From Candidatus Bathyarchaeota archaeon (GTDB lineage: Archaea; Thermoproteota; CALKCG01; B24): a DNA stretch of 64,000 nucleotides. The number at the start of each line of letters is the position of its first letter. Within the stretch, counting starts at the first letter, position 1. Location: contig JAGHAZ010000027.1 of the NCBI GenBank assembly GCA_021161255.1, positions 2,076-66,075 on the forward strand, written 5' to 3'. The position numbers and the translations under genes were made by a program. Of the stretch, positions 27,967-37,351 are shown piece after piece. The notes under the pieces were generated by a model that did not search any database, was not told where the DNA came from, and was given only the letters and a program-made list of their open reading frames with translations.

Positions 27967-29006
27967 GAGCTTATAGGATAGCTCTCATACCTGGTGATGG
28001 AATAGGCCCGGAGCAGATGGATGCTACTTTAAAGGTGCTGGATGCGGTTCAAGAGAACTTAAGCCTAAAGCTTAACTACGTCTTTCTAGAGGCTGGTGAT
28101 AAGTGTCTTGAGAAACATGGAGTGGCCCTACCGGAGGAGACCGTTAAAGCCATTATGGATGCTGACGCAACTTTGAAGGGGCCTGTAGGTGAGACGGCGG
28201 CCGACGTCATCGTGAGGCTTAGGCAGCTTTTAGATCTCTACGCGAACGTCAGACCGTTCAAGTCGTATCCCAGGGTTCCATGTCTTAAACCAGGCATAGA
28301 TTTTGTAGTGGTTAGAGAGAACACTGAGGGCCTCTACAAGGGTTTCGAATTTAAACCCTCTGACGATGTGGCGGTTAGCTTGAGGGTTATCACCCGACGT
28401 GGCTCTGAGCGTATAGCCAGATACGCATTCGAGGAGGCCTTACGTAGAGGTTCGAAGCTCAAGGTCACGGCAGTTCATAAAGCAAACGTCTTGAAGGCTA
28501 CTTGCGGTTTATTTGCAGAAGTCTGTAGACGCGTCGCCAAGGATTATCCCCAGGTCTCCTATGAAGAGATGTATGTAGATGCGGCCGCTATGCGGCTCAT
28601 AAGGAAGCCTGAGAGCTTCGATGTCTTGGTTACGACGAACATGTTCGGAGATATACTCAGCGATGAGGCTGCCGAGCTTGTGGGCGGGCTCGGCTTAGCA
28701 CCTGGAGCTAATATAGGCGATCGCTATGCGCTCTTCGAACCCGTTCACGGAGCGGCCTGGGATATAGCCGGTAAGAACGTCGCAAATCCGAGTAGTCTGA
28801 TATTAGCGTCTAAGATGATGCTCGAATGGCTAGGTTCCAAGCATAACGATGACGTATGCTTAGAAGCAGCCACGGCTATCGAAAACGCCCTGGTCGAGGC
28901 CTTTAAGAGAGGGTATACGACGAGAGACCTGGGTGGGAACTTATCTACGAGTATAATGGGCTCTAAAGTGGCTTCGCTCGTCAGGGAGATCACTGCCTCA
29001 AGATAA
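27963..29006 (+). CDS. leuB: 3-isopropylmalate dehydrogenase (isocitrate/isopropylmalate DH family)
   Basis: ...IALIPGDGIGPE......VRENTEGLY......NMFGDILSDEAAELVGGLGLAPGANIG.... Overlaps the leuD end by 4 nt. Confidence 0.85.
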   Translation: MRAYRIALIPGDGIGPEQMDATLKVLDAVQENLSLKLNYVFLEAGDKCLEKHGVALPEETVKAIMDADATLKGPVGETAADVIVRLRQLLDLYANVRPFKSYPRVPCLKPGIDFVVVRENTEGLYKGFEFKPSDDVAVSLRVITRRGSERIARYAFEEALRRGSKLKVTAVHKANVLKATCGLFAEVCRRVAKDYPQVSYEEMYVDAAAMRLIRKPESFDVLVTTNMFGDILSDEAAELVGGLGLAPGANIGDRYALFEPVHGAAWDIAGKNVANPSSLILASKMMLEWLGSKHNDDVCLEAATAIENALVEAFKRGYTTRDLGGNLSTSIMGSKVASLVREITASR

Positions 29007-29097
29007 AGCCTATAAGTTTTATCATCGATCCATGAGATTTACCGGTTCTATACGATTGCATAAGACTTTTAACCCGTATTTTCTCCACTATTAAGTT

Positions 29098-30603
29098 GTG
29101 TCCAGCCGTTATATTCGGATATTCGACACCACGCTCAGGGATGGGGAGCAGACCCCTGGAGTATCGTTAACCCCTGAAGATAAGCTAGTTATCGCCCGTC
29201 AGCTCGATAGGCTAGGCGTAGACGTGATCGAAGCAGGCTTCCCGATCACCTCCAAAGGCGAAGCCGAGGCCGTTAAGCTGATAGCGAAAGACGGTCTAAA
29301 CGCCGAGGTATGCGGTTTAGCCAGGGCTCTAAAGCAAGACATAGACGCGGTTATAGACTGCGGTTTAAACAGCGTACACCTCTTTATAGCGACATCCGAC
29401 ATTCACCTCAAGTATAAGCTTAAGATGAGCCGGGACGAGGCATTAGCTAAGGCCTTAGAAGCACTAGATTATGCTAAGGACCATGGTTTAACAGTCGAGT
29501 TCTCCGCTGAAGACGCGACTAGGACGGATGTAGAGTTTCTCAAGAAGTTCTACAAAGCCCTATGCGTTGCGGGGGCCGATAGGATAAACGTCCCAGATAC
29601 GGTCGGCGTGATGACTCCTAAACGTATGTACGAACTGATATCCGAGCTTAAGACGGTCGTCTCGAAGCCTATAAGCGTCCACTGCCATGACGACTTCGGC
29701 ATGGCTGTTGCCAACAGTCTTGCGGCTGTCGAAGCTGGGGCGGAGCAAGTTCACGTGACCGTTAACGGTCTCGGGGAGAGGGCTGGTAACGCGGCTCTGG
29801 AGGAAGTGGTCGTCTCTCTTAAACTCCTATACAACTTCGAGGTGGGTGTAGACCCTAAACTGATATACAGTACCTCTAGGCTCGTATCCAGGATGACTGG
29901 TATACCGATACAGCCGAATAAGGCGGTAGTCGGAGACAACGCGTTCGCCCACGAGTCCGGTATACACACACACGGAGTCACGAGGCATCCACTAACCTAC
30001 GAGCCGATACCGCCCGAGTTTGTCGGACGTAAGAGACGGATCCTAGCCGGCAAACACGCCGGGACTCATGGTCTTAAGGTGCTTCTAGAAGAACTCGGGC
30101 TGAGGTTGACCGAGAGCCAGGTCAAGGAGATTCTAGCTAGGGTTAAAGAGCTCGGTGATAAGGGTAAGCAGGTTACCGAGGAAGACCTGACGGCTATAGC
30201 TCGAGCCGTAGCGGGTGAAGTCGTTAAAGAGGAGAGGGTTCTGAAGCTCGACGAGCTGGCTGTGATGACGGGTAATAAAATCATACCGACGGCCTCGGTT
30301 AAGGTGGTGATAGATGGTAAGGAGTATGTGGCCTCTAAGACAGGTGTCGGACCTGTGGACGCTGCTATAAAGGCATTGGAAGAGGTGTTAAACCCGGTGA
30401 TCAGGGTATATCTAAGGGAGTATCGTCTCGAGGCTATAACGGGCGGCTCGGATGCCTTAGCTGAGGTTGTAATCAAGGTCGAGGATGAGGAGGGGGACAT
30501 CGTGTCGGCTAGAGCGGCTAGGGAAGATATAGTTATGGCGAGTGTGGAGGCTATGGTGAATAGTATAAACAAGCTCCTGCTTAGAAGACGTAAGACCGGA
30601 TGA
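29098..30603 (+). CDS. leuA: 2-isopropylmalate synthase / (R)-citramalate synthase with C-terminal LeuA-dimer regulatory domain
   Basis: ...IRIFDTTLRDGEQTPGVSL......HCHDDFGMAVANSLAAVEAGA...VHVTVNGLGERAGNAAL.... At 501 aa it is long enough to include the regulatory domain. LeuA and CimA cannot be told apart from sequence alone. Confidence 0.8.
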   Translation: MSSRYIRIFDTTLRDGEQTPGVSLTPEDKLVIARQLDRLGVDVIEAGFPITSKGEAEAVKLIAKDGLNAEVCGLARALKQDIDAVIDCGLNSVHLFIATSDIHLKYKLKMSRDEALAKALEALDYAKDHGLTVEFSAEDATRTDVEFLKKFYKALCVAGADRINVPDTVGVMTPKRMYELISELKTVVSKPISVHCHDDFGMAVANSLAAVEAGAEQVHVTVNGLGERAGNAALEEVVVSLKLLYNFEVGVDPKLIYSTSRLVSRMTGIPIQPNKAVVGDNAFAHESGIHTHGVTRHPLTYEPIPPEFVGRKRRILAGKHAGTHGLKVLLEELGLRLTESQVKEILARVKELGDKGKQVTEEDLTAIARAVAGEVVKEERVLKLDELAVMTGNKIIPTASVKVVIDGKEYVASKTGVGPVDAAIKALEEVLNPVIRVYLREYRLEAITGGSDALAEVVIKVEDEEGDIVSARAAREDIVMASVEAMVNSINKLLLRRRKTG

Positions 30604-31271
30604 CCATGCTAGAGGGTTTCCTATTGGACCTAGCATCGTTCATAATATATGTGATCGTCGTAACGGTCTCAGGAGTCTTAAGCCCGGGCCCCTTGACGAT
30701 AGCTACTTTGATCCACGGTGCTAAAGGCGGTTTGAAAGCCGGGTTAAACTGTGCCTTAGGGCATATGCTTGTCGAGCTTCCGCTTGCCGTTTTCATAGGC
30801 TTGGGTCTACTGAACCTAATGGGCTCTGGTGTGAAGCGGATTCTAGAAATCGTGGGCGGCCTAGCCTTAATAGGCTTCGGGATGCTGCAACTTAGAGGGG
30901 TCTTGAGGTCTGAAAAAGGTTCTTCCCAAGATGTTTCTGCAGAAGATTCCATGCTTCCGGTGAGCGGAAGTGCTCTTCTAACGGGGGTAACCCTCACGGG
31001 GTTGAACCCTTACTTCATCCTGTGGTGGCTCAGCATAGGGTCTGCTCTGATATATGAGGCGTTGAACCTAGGCTTAGTCGAGGGGTTGGCTATCATGTAT
31101 TTGGCCCATGTATGGATGGATTACGCGTGGCTGGGTCTGATAGCCCACCTATCCGGATGCGGTAGGAGGGTATTAGGACGTAAGATATACCGGTACATAC
31201 TGATAGGCTTCAGCATAGCCCTAGTGGTATTCGGAGTCTTATGGGTTGCCTCAGCCATAGGTGTCTCATAG
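30600..31271 (+). CDS. LysE/RhtB-family amino-acid exporter
   Basis: 6-TM protein with the N-terminal ...VSGVLSPGPLTIATLIHGAKGG... motif (the family's PGP signature). It overlaps the leuA stop, which suggests co-transcription with the leu genes. Confidence 0.6.
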   Translation: MTMLEGFLLDLASFIIYVIVVTVSGVLSPGPLTIATLIHGAKGGLKAGLNCALGHMLVELPLAVFIGLGLLNLMGSGVKRILEIVGGLALIGFGMLQLRGVLRSEKGSSQDVSAEDSMLPVSGSALLTGVTLTGLNPYFILWWLSIGSALIYEALNLGLVEGLAIMYLAHVWMDYAWLGLIAHLSGCGRRVLGRKIYRYILIGFSIALVVFGVLWVASAIGVS

Positions 31272-31568
31272 CCTCTTTCTACCATGCCTATATGGTCTAG
31301 TCCTGTTTATCTCCATCTTCCTCTTAACGGCCTCCGATATCCTAAGGTCTAGGTCTCCGCATAGATGGAAAACCCTGATCAAGGTGTCGGCTATCTCCTC
31401 CCGGAACCCTTTCCTGTCGTCGTCTCTCCAAGCCTCCATGGCCTCAGCAAGCTCCGTCACGACCAGCATAAGGTAGACCGGTGCATTATCCCAGGTCACA
31501 TGAAACCCCTTCGAGTTAGCTATTTCCTTAGCCTCTTTGACGAAATCTTCAAGCGTAGAAGTCTTCAA
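31266..31568 (-). CDS. MazG-like nucleotide pyrophosphohydrolase (small all-alpha NTP-PPase)
   Basis: 100-aa ORF. ...LMLVVTELAEAMEAWRDDD...FREEIADTLIRVFHL... matches the EExxE/D metal-binding helix pair of MazG/HisE-type domains. Confidence 0.6.
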   Translation of the reverse strand: MKTSTLEDFVKEAKEIANSKGFHVTWDNAPVYLMLVVTELAEAMEAWRDDDRKGFREEIADTLIRVFHLCGDLDLRISEAVKRKMEINRTRPYRHGRKRL

Positions 31569-31724
31569 TCCTTTAACACCGTCTTCAACCGTTAGGCATC
31601 GGCGAACTTAAACATTGTTTCACCGAAAAGTTAAGCTGAAGTCGATCACCTAGCTTAGGATTATCACCCTGTTATCAACGAAATCCTCGGCGAGTATAGA
31701 CGCGAAAGACATATTCCTCCATAG

Positions 31725-32517
31725 GATGCTATAATTCTATCGGAGGTCGCTTTGAAAGAAGATGTTCTTAGAAGACTAAAGTTCCGGCTAGACCTCATAG
31801 CGTTGCTCGATGATAAACCTGTTTTGGATAGGCGGTCTGCTCCTGAAGCTCATAGACGAACGTGGTTCCATTCTATCAGCTTGTAGAAGCCTCGGAATAC
31901 CCTTCTAACGCGTGGTCTATCGATGGTCAAGACCGAGAGTTCTCTTAATATGCGCATAATCGAGCCTGCTAAAGGCGGTAGAGGCGGAGGCGGAACTAGG
32001 CTTACGATAAAGCCGTGGTCATCAGAGGGTTCAAGAGGCTTATAGTCTTCGCCTATAGACATACCACACGGTTTAGGGGGTAGACGACATACTCGCCGGT
32101 AAGGTTAGATTGGTGAACCGGGTTCTAGGCTCTGGGACTAGGCTTCTGCTCGACCAGCTTCTGAAGGCCAGGGCTTTGAGACTAGGCATAGAGGCTCGAG
32201 AGATCCCGAGTAGGGTATTGGGTTACGATTTCGAGGTTAAAACTCATCACGAAGTGGCCAAAGGCATACTTGAGGATAGGGGGGATGTGGGTTTAACCCT
32301 GAAATACGTCGCCGAGAAGTATGCTTTAGCCTATACACCTGTTTGCTGGGAGAACTATGATTTCGTCGTGAGGGTCTCTAGGCTCGATAGAAAACCTGTA
32401 AAGGCTTTCATAGGTTTTCTTGAAAGCTCGTTTTTCCAAAAGCGGTTGAAGCGTTTAGATGGCTATGACCTTAGCCCCTCGATTGGCGAGGTAATATACG
32501 CTCCTCCAGCCCCGTAA
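31725..32517 (+). pseudogene. Disrupted regulator: ModE-N-terminal-type HTH domain fused to a periplasmic-binding-protein-like domain; in-frame TAG at 31884-31886 plus two frameshifts (~32004 and the G5 run at 32076-32080)
   Basis: Frame 0 reads ...LKEDVLRRLKFRLDLIALLDDKPVLDRRSAPEAHRRTWFHSISL*KPRNTLLTRGLSMVKTESSLNMRIIEPAKGGRGGGGTRLT. The GG(R/K)GGGG-x-LT motif and its spacing from the S-I-S helix are diagnostic of ModE-N/TOBE-type HTH domains. Reading then continues in frame 2 (DKAVVIRGFKRLIVFAYRHTTRFRG) and frame 1 (GVDDILAGKVRLVNRVLGSGTRLLLDQLL..., i.e. ORF 32110..32517, the PBP-like domain). Confidence 0.5.
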
Positions 32518-32534
32518 ACTTCAAAAATCCTAGC

Positions 32535-33893
32535 ATGTTATGCTTAGGTTTAGGTGTCTCTTTGGAGGTGCTCCTCGAAAACTGCGACTGGGTTTTAACC
32601 CAAGACGAGAATAGACGGGTTTTAAGGAAAACTTCTGTGCTTGTTAAGGATGGTTTGATCGAGGCGATAGGCCGCGGTTTAAAAGGCGGGGACTTGGTGG
32701 TGAGCGGTGAGGGTAAGGTCCTTATGCCCGGTCTCATAAACACGCATACTCACCTATCGATGACTCTGCTCAGGGGATATGCGGAAGACCTGCCGTTAGA
32801 TGAGTGGCTTAGGGAAAGGATCTGGCCGGTCGAACGTAAGTTGACAGGTCGACTATGCTACATAGGTGCTCTCCTAGGGTGTCTCGAGATGATAAGGACC
32901 GGAACGACCTGTGTGGTCGACATGTACTATCACGCAGGCGAGGTCGCCAGAGCAGTTCATGAAGCCTGTCTAAGGGGTTTCATAGGTCAAGGGATGATCG
33001 ACGTAGCCGGTTCAGACGAGGTTAGGATATCGAACGAGCCGCTTCGAAAGGACTTCATAAACGCTACTTACAATGCAGTCGAGTCTATAAAGAGTCTCGG
33101 AGATCCCAAGGTTAAGCCGATAATCGCTCCTCATGCACCCTACACATGCTCCGATGAGCTTCTAGCTGAAGCCGTGCTTCTAGCCGAGAGGCTTGATACG
33201 CTTGTTCACATTCACCTAGCCGAGACGAGGAGGGAGCAGGCTCTTTTCCAGAAGACCTACGGATGCACGGTGGTCGAGTATTTGGATAAACTCGGCTTCT
33301 TATCTCCGAGGGTTCTTGCGGCGCACTGTGTTTGGCTGACTAAGCACGACGTGAGGGTTTTGGCTGAGAGGGGTGTTAAGGTCTCCCATTGTCCGGTCTC
33401 GAATATGAAACTCGGCGTGGGAGGGGTAGCACCCATACCGGAGATGCTTGAATCCGGGGTTACTGTCTCGCTCGGTACGGATGGGGCTGCGAGCAATAAT
33501 ACGTTAGACTTATTCGAGACGATGAAGTTCGCCGCGCTCCTTCAGAAGCACAGCCGCTGGGACCCTGCTGTCTTTAAGGCTCAGCAGATATTAGACATGG
33601 CTACCGTTATGGCTGCCGAAGCCCTTGGACTTAAAGGTAAGGCCGGTTGCATCAAAGAAGGTATGGAGGCGGACCTGATACTCGTCGACCTGAAAACCCC
33701 TAACCTTCAACCGGTACATGGGCCTGAAAGCCTAGTGGCGAACCTCATATATTCGGCTAAGGGCTTAAATGTGGATACGGTAATCGTCCAAGGCAAGCCC
33801 CTGATGGTCGAGAAAACTGTCGAAACCCTAGACCCAGAAGCCGTCTACAGTCTAGCTGAAGAGAGCTTAGAAGAGCTTGGGATCAAAGCTTAA
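32535..33893 (+). CDS. Amidohydrolase of the ATZ/TRZ-MtaD family (5'-methylthioadenosine/S-adenosylhomocysteine deaminase-like)
   Basis: ...WVLTQDE...VLMPGLINTHTHLSMTLLRGYAEDLPLDEWL...IHLAET...HCV...GTDGAASNN.... Confidence 0.7.
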   Translation: MLCLGLGVSLEVLLENCDWVLTQDENRRVLRKTSVLVKDGLIEAIGRGLKGGDLVVSGEGKVLMPGLINTHTHLSMTLLRGYAEDLPLDEWLRERIWPVERKLTGRLCYIGALLGCLEMIRTGTTCVVDMYYHAGEVARAVHEACLRGFIGQGMIDVAGSDEVRISNEPLRKDFINATYNAVESIKSLGDPKVKPIIAPHAPYTCSDELLAEAVLLAERLDTLVHIHLAETRREQALFQKTYGCTVVEYLDKLGFLSPRVLAAHCVWLTKHDVRVLAERGVKVSHCPVSNMKLGVGGVAPIPEMLESGVTVSLGTDGAASNNTLDLFETMKFAALLQKHSRWDPAVFKAQQILDMATVMAAEALGLKGKAGCIKEGMEADLILVDLKTPNLQPVHGPESLVANLIYSAKGLNVDTVIVQGKPLMVEKTVETLDPEAVYSLAEESLEELGIKA

Positions 33894-33922
33894 AACGTAG
33901 AGTCTCAATTACTTTAGAGGCT

Positions 33923-34627
33923 ATGTCCAAGCCTATAGTAACTGTCTCGTTCGACTTCGGTGGGACTTTAGCCCATGATGTTAAGAAGGACTACGAGGTT
34001 TACCATGAAATCCTAGACGAGATGGGCTATCGCTTCGAGCCGGTGGAGGTGGAGTCGGCTTACCGTAAGGCCGTGGAATGGTGGCGTATGGTCAAACGCA
34101 AGGAGAATCTCGTATGGAACGAGGACTCTCAGAGAATGTTCATTTCTCGTATGCTTGCCCACCTTGGGCTTGAAGAGGCGGAAGAATTTGTAGAGTGTAT
34201 CCTCGAGGTTAGACGTGGTAAAAGACTTCTGAAACCCTACAGCGACGCCGAGCCGACCGTCAGAAGACTGAAGGAGATGGGTTTTAAACTGATAGTGATC
34301 TCCAACGTCTCATCCGAGAGGAACCTCTCGGCCTATTTAACCCAGGTCGGTCTTAGAGGATACTTCAGCCTACTGTTCGCCTCAGGTTCCCTAGGGGTCG
34401 AGAAACCTAACTCTGAGATCTTCCTCTATGCCTCTAGGGTCTCCGGTACACCACCGGACATGATGGTTCACATAGGCGACGACTATGAGGCGGACTACCT
34501 CGGAGCTGAGAAAGCCGGGTTGAAGGCCATATTGATAGACAGAGCAAACCGATACGCTGGCCAGCGGTGTACTCGTGTGAAAAGTCTGCTGCAAGTCCCC
34601 GAGCTCCTAGAGGAGTTTATGAAGTGA
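33923..34627 (+). CDS. HAD-superfamily hydrolase
   Basis: Motif I VSFDFGGTL, motif III ...KLIVISNVSS..., motif IV ...HIGDDYEADYLGAEKAGL.... Confidence 0.65.
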   Translation: MSKPIVTVSFDFGGTLAHDVKKDYEVYHEILDEMGYRFEPVEVESAYRKAVEWWRMVKRKENLVWNEDSQRMFISRMLAHLGLEEAEEFVECILEVRRGKRLLKPYSDAEPTVRRLKEMGFKLIVISNVSSERNLSAYLTQVGLRGYFSLLFASGSLGVEKPNSEIFLYASRVSGTPPDMMVHIGDDYEADYLGAEKAGLKAILIDRANRYAGQRCTRVKSLLQVPELLEEFMK

Positions 34628-34633
34628 CGGTCT

Positions 34634-35317
34634 TCATTTCATCGCTAGATAAGCCTCCTCTATCTCGAGATATCCCGAATCTCCCATCCAGACTGGTCTA
34701 GCTTTTTTCACCACGATACGCTTCCTGAAGATCGGCGCATCTAGTACGAGTGTCTCATATTCACCTCCCTCTCCGGCTGGATTAAATCTATACCTGGACG
34801 CTAGAGAGATGAGTTCCTTTATGGATTTGCCGTTTAACACCTTGCCCAACCATTTTCTCGTCAACCCCTCAGCGGCGACGCTGACTATCATAACCGAGAA
34901 CCCTAGATTCATCACCTCGGCTAGAAGAAGCTCACCCCTCTTACCCCACAGCGGTGTGAACGTTCTAAGCTTAAGTTCTTCGCATACGAGGTCGACTAGA
35001 GTTCTCTGATAATCGCTCGCCAGGACACCTGAGACGACTACGTCTACGTCGAACCTCTCTACGGCTTTCTTCAGCATACTACGTAGATCCCTCAACCCCT
35101 TAGTGGCAGAGTCGCTGGTCCTCTTTATGAGGATAGGAATTCCCATGGCCTCGGCTTGTAAAGTCGCAAACCGGACTGCCGGATAGTGGAACAGCCAGGA
35201 CTCTAGGCTTTCGGGTATGAAAGTTATCAGACAAGATACTTCGTATCCCTGGTGTATAGCGGTCCATAAGGCGAATAGGCTATCCTTACCTCCCGAGAAT
35301 AAAGCCGCCGCTTTCAA
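34634..35317 (-). CDS. Diphthine-ammonia ligase (Dph6-like, MJ0570-family PP-loop ATPase)
   Basis: N-terminal PP-loop ALFSGGKDS and the C-terminal ...NPAGEGGEYETLVLD... signature of the Dph6/MJ0570 family. Confidence 0.7.
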   Translation of the reverse strand: MKAAALFSGGKDSLFALWTAIHQGYEVSCLITFIPESLESWLFHYPAVRFATLQAEAMGIPILIKRTSDSATKGLRDLRSMLKKAVERFDVDVVVSGVLASDYQRTLVDLVCEELKLRTFTPLWGKRGELLLAEVMNLGFSVMIVSVAAEGLTRKWLGKVLNGKSIKELISLASRYRFNPAGEGGEYETLVLDAPIFRKRIVVKKARPVWMGDSGYLEIEEAYLAMK

Positions 35318-35350
35318 CGATGGAGAAGTATAGGGATATCTCTTATTAAG

Positions 35351-35854
35351 CTAAACCTCCTTAAGCTTAGCCCCGCAATATGGGCAGTATATGGCCTCGG
35401 GAGGTACTTTAGCCCCGCAGTATGGACAGACACCTGAAGTAACACGGGGCTTGACAGGGGCTAGGGTTTTCCTCAGATAGGCGCCTACGAAGCCCCCTCC
35501 GAAACCTATGCTAAGCTCTATCGCTAAACTCACGAGCATCGCGACTATGAGAAAAGGCGCATTCGATAATTCTGTACCTGGCAACGGCTCCTCAGGTAGA
35601 AGTATAACCCCCATCTGGTATAGAAGCATGGCTATGGATGGACGTACCAGTAAAGCGTCTACGAGGGCTATAGTTATCCCTGCTTTACCGCCGCCTCTTA
35701 TCGGTTCTATGAAGAAACTTCCGGCTACTAGGCCTCCTAGAAAAGACGATAGCAGAACGGCTACGCTCATCCCAGTGGTCAGGAGGACGACGAAGTCGAC
35801 TACCGCAGCTGTTACAAACCCCGCTACTAAAGCTAACCCAAGCTTCTGAGCCAT
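35351..35854 (-). CDS. Small membrane protein with C-terminal double CPYCGAK zinc ribbon
   Basis: Three or four TM helices followed by ...CPYCGAKVPPEAIYCPYCGAKL. Confidence 0.45.
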   Translation of the reverse strand: MAQKLGLALVAGFVTAAVVDFVVLLTTGMSVAVLLSSFLGGLVAGSFFIEPIRGGGKAGITIALVDALLVRPSIAMLLYQMGVILLPEEPLPGTELSNAPFLIVAMLVSLAIELSIGFGGGFVGAYLRKTLAPVKPRVTSGVCPYCGAKVPPEAIYCPYCGAKLKEV

Positions 35855-35950
35855 ACCTTTAGATCAAGATGCCGCGTTCGATTTAAGGGTTTAGCCTATC
35901 CGCTAACTTTAAACGTTCTAACGGTCGATCACACGGATGGTGAAGCCGTA

Positions 35951-37339
35951 TTGAGGATCAGAAACTTCGAGGTTCTCGTAGCTAACGGCTTGACGTCTGA
36001 AGATAGGGAGGCTAGAAGGATATGCTTGGAGATACTCGATAAGGTGGTCGAAGGGCTTGACCCGAGGAAGATGGTATTCTCCAAAGTCAGAAGAACCGGC
36101 TCTAAACTGTATATCGACGGGTTAACCCTAGACCTAGATGAGTTTGAACACGTATACCTCGTCGGCTTCGGGAAGGCAAGCCACCTTATGGCTGAGGCTA
36201 TGGAGCGGCTCGTAAGCGATAAACTGACCAGAGGATTCATAAACATACTTAAGGATGTAAGCTTCGAATCCTTAACCGGCCGGGTCGAATCTAAGAAGGT
36301 AAGTCACCCCATACCAGACGAGGAGGGTCTCTTAGGTGCGAAGCAGATCCTGAAGCTAGTGTCTGATGCCTCTGAGAAAGACCTTGTCATTTGTCTGATC
36401 TCTGGAGGCGGCTCGGCTATGACACCTCTACCGGCCGAGGGTATAACGCTTGAGGACAAACAAAGGACCACGCAGACTCTTCTAAAATGTGGTGCGAGAA
36501 TCGACGAAGTCAACGCCGTTAGAAAGCATATTTCAGCCTTTAAGGGTGGGCAGCTCGCTAGAGCCGCCTATCCGGCTACGGTATTGAGCTTGATAGTTTC
36601 AGATGTCGTAGGTGATCCGTTGGAGGTCATAGCATCCGGGCCTACTTCGCCTGATCCTTCGACTTTCAAGGACGCCTACGAAATACTCAGGAGATACGGT
36701 ATATGGGAGTCTGTTCCAGAGTCCGTCAGAAGACGTATAGAGACCGGTTTGAGGGGTGAGGTCGAGGAGACTCCTAAACCAGGAGATAAAGTGTTCGAAA
36801 AAGTTCACAACGTGATCGTCGGGAACAATAGGCTTGCATGCCATATAGCGGCTGAATACGCTCAGAAACTGGGGTTAAATACCTTGATATTATCGTCTGT
36901 GGTCGAGGGTGAGGCCAGGCATGTCGGTACTGTTTATGGCAGCATACTGGTCGAAGAAGCTTTAGTCGACAACCCCATAGAGAAACCAGCCGTGATAATA
37001 GTCGGTGGCGAGACAACCGTAACCGTCAGGGGCTCTGGACTGGGTGGTAGAAACCAGGAGCTAGTCCTATCGGCCTCTAGGAAGATTAAGGGTCTCAGGG
37101 GAGTTGCGATAGCGTCCTTAGGAACCGACGGGATCGACGGTCCAACGGATGCCGCCGGGGCTATAGCCGACGGCAAGACCGTTTCTAGGGCCGAGGAGAA
37201 GAGTTTAGATCCTGAGAAATACCTCGACGATAACGATTCTTATAGATTCTTTAAGAGCCTTGGAGATTTGGTCTTCACAGGTCCGACGGGGACGAACGTA
37301 ACCGATATAACGGTCATGGTGGCCCTTAAAACTGGCTGA
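35951..37339 (+). CDS. Glycerate 2-kinase, MOFRL family (DUF4147+MOFRL)
   Basis: ...VYLVGFGKAS...ICLISGGGSAMTPLP......SLGTDGIDGPTDAAGAIADG...FTGPTGTNVTDI...; size and motifs match archaeal glycerate-2-kinases. Confidence 0.7.
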   Translation: MRIRNFEVLVANGLTSEDREARRICLEILDKVVEGLDPRKMVFSKVRRTGSKLYIDGLTLDLDEFEHVYLVGFGKASHLMAEAMERLVSDKLTRGFINILKDVSFESLTGRVESKKVSHPIPDEEGLLGAKQILKLVSDASEKDLVICLISGGGSAMTPLPAEGITLEDKQRTTQTLLKCGARIDEVNAVRKHISAFKGGQLARAAYPATVLSLIVSDVVGDPLEVIASGPTSPDPSTFKDAYEILRRYGIWESVPESVRRRIETGLRGEVEETPKPGDKVFEKVHNVIVGNNRLACHIAAEYAQKLGLNTLILSSVVEGEARHVGTVYGSILVEEALVDNPIEKPAVIIVGGETTVTVRGSGLGGRNQELVLSASRKIKGLRGVAIASLGTDGIDGPTDAAGAIADGKTVSRAEEKSLDPEKYLDDNDSYRFFKSLGDLVFTGPTGTNVTDITVMVALKTG

Positions 37340-37351
37340 GCCAAGAGGGAG

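Noticed and set aside
29098-30603. Calling the synthase specifically citramalate synthase (CimA)
   Set aside because: The 501-aa length with the regulatory domain fits both LeuA and CimA, and discriminating residues cannot be judged reliably by eye. It is left as LeuA/CimA.
31850-32062. 70-aa minus-strand ORF with PPPPLPPLAG
   Set aside because: It is the reverse complement of the GGRGGGG turn of the plus-strand ModE-like HTH remnant, i.e. an antisense artefact of that pseudogene.
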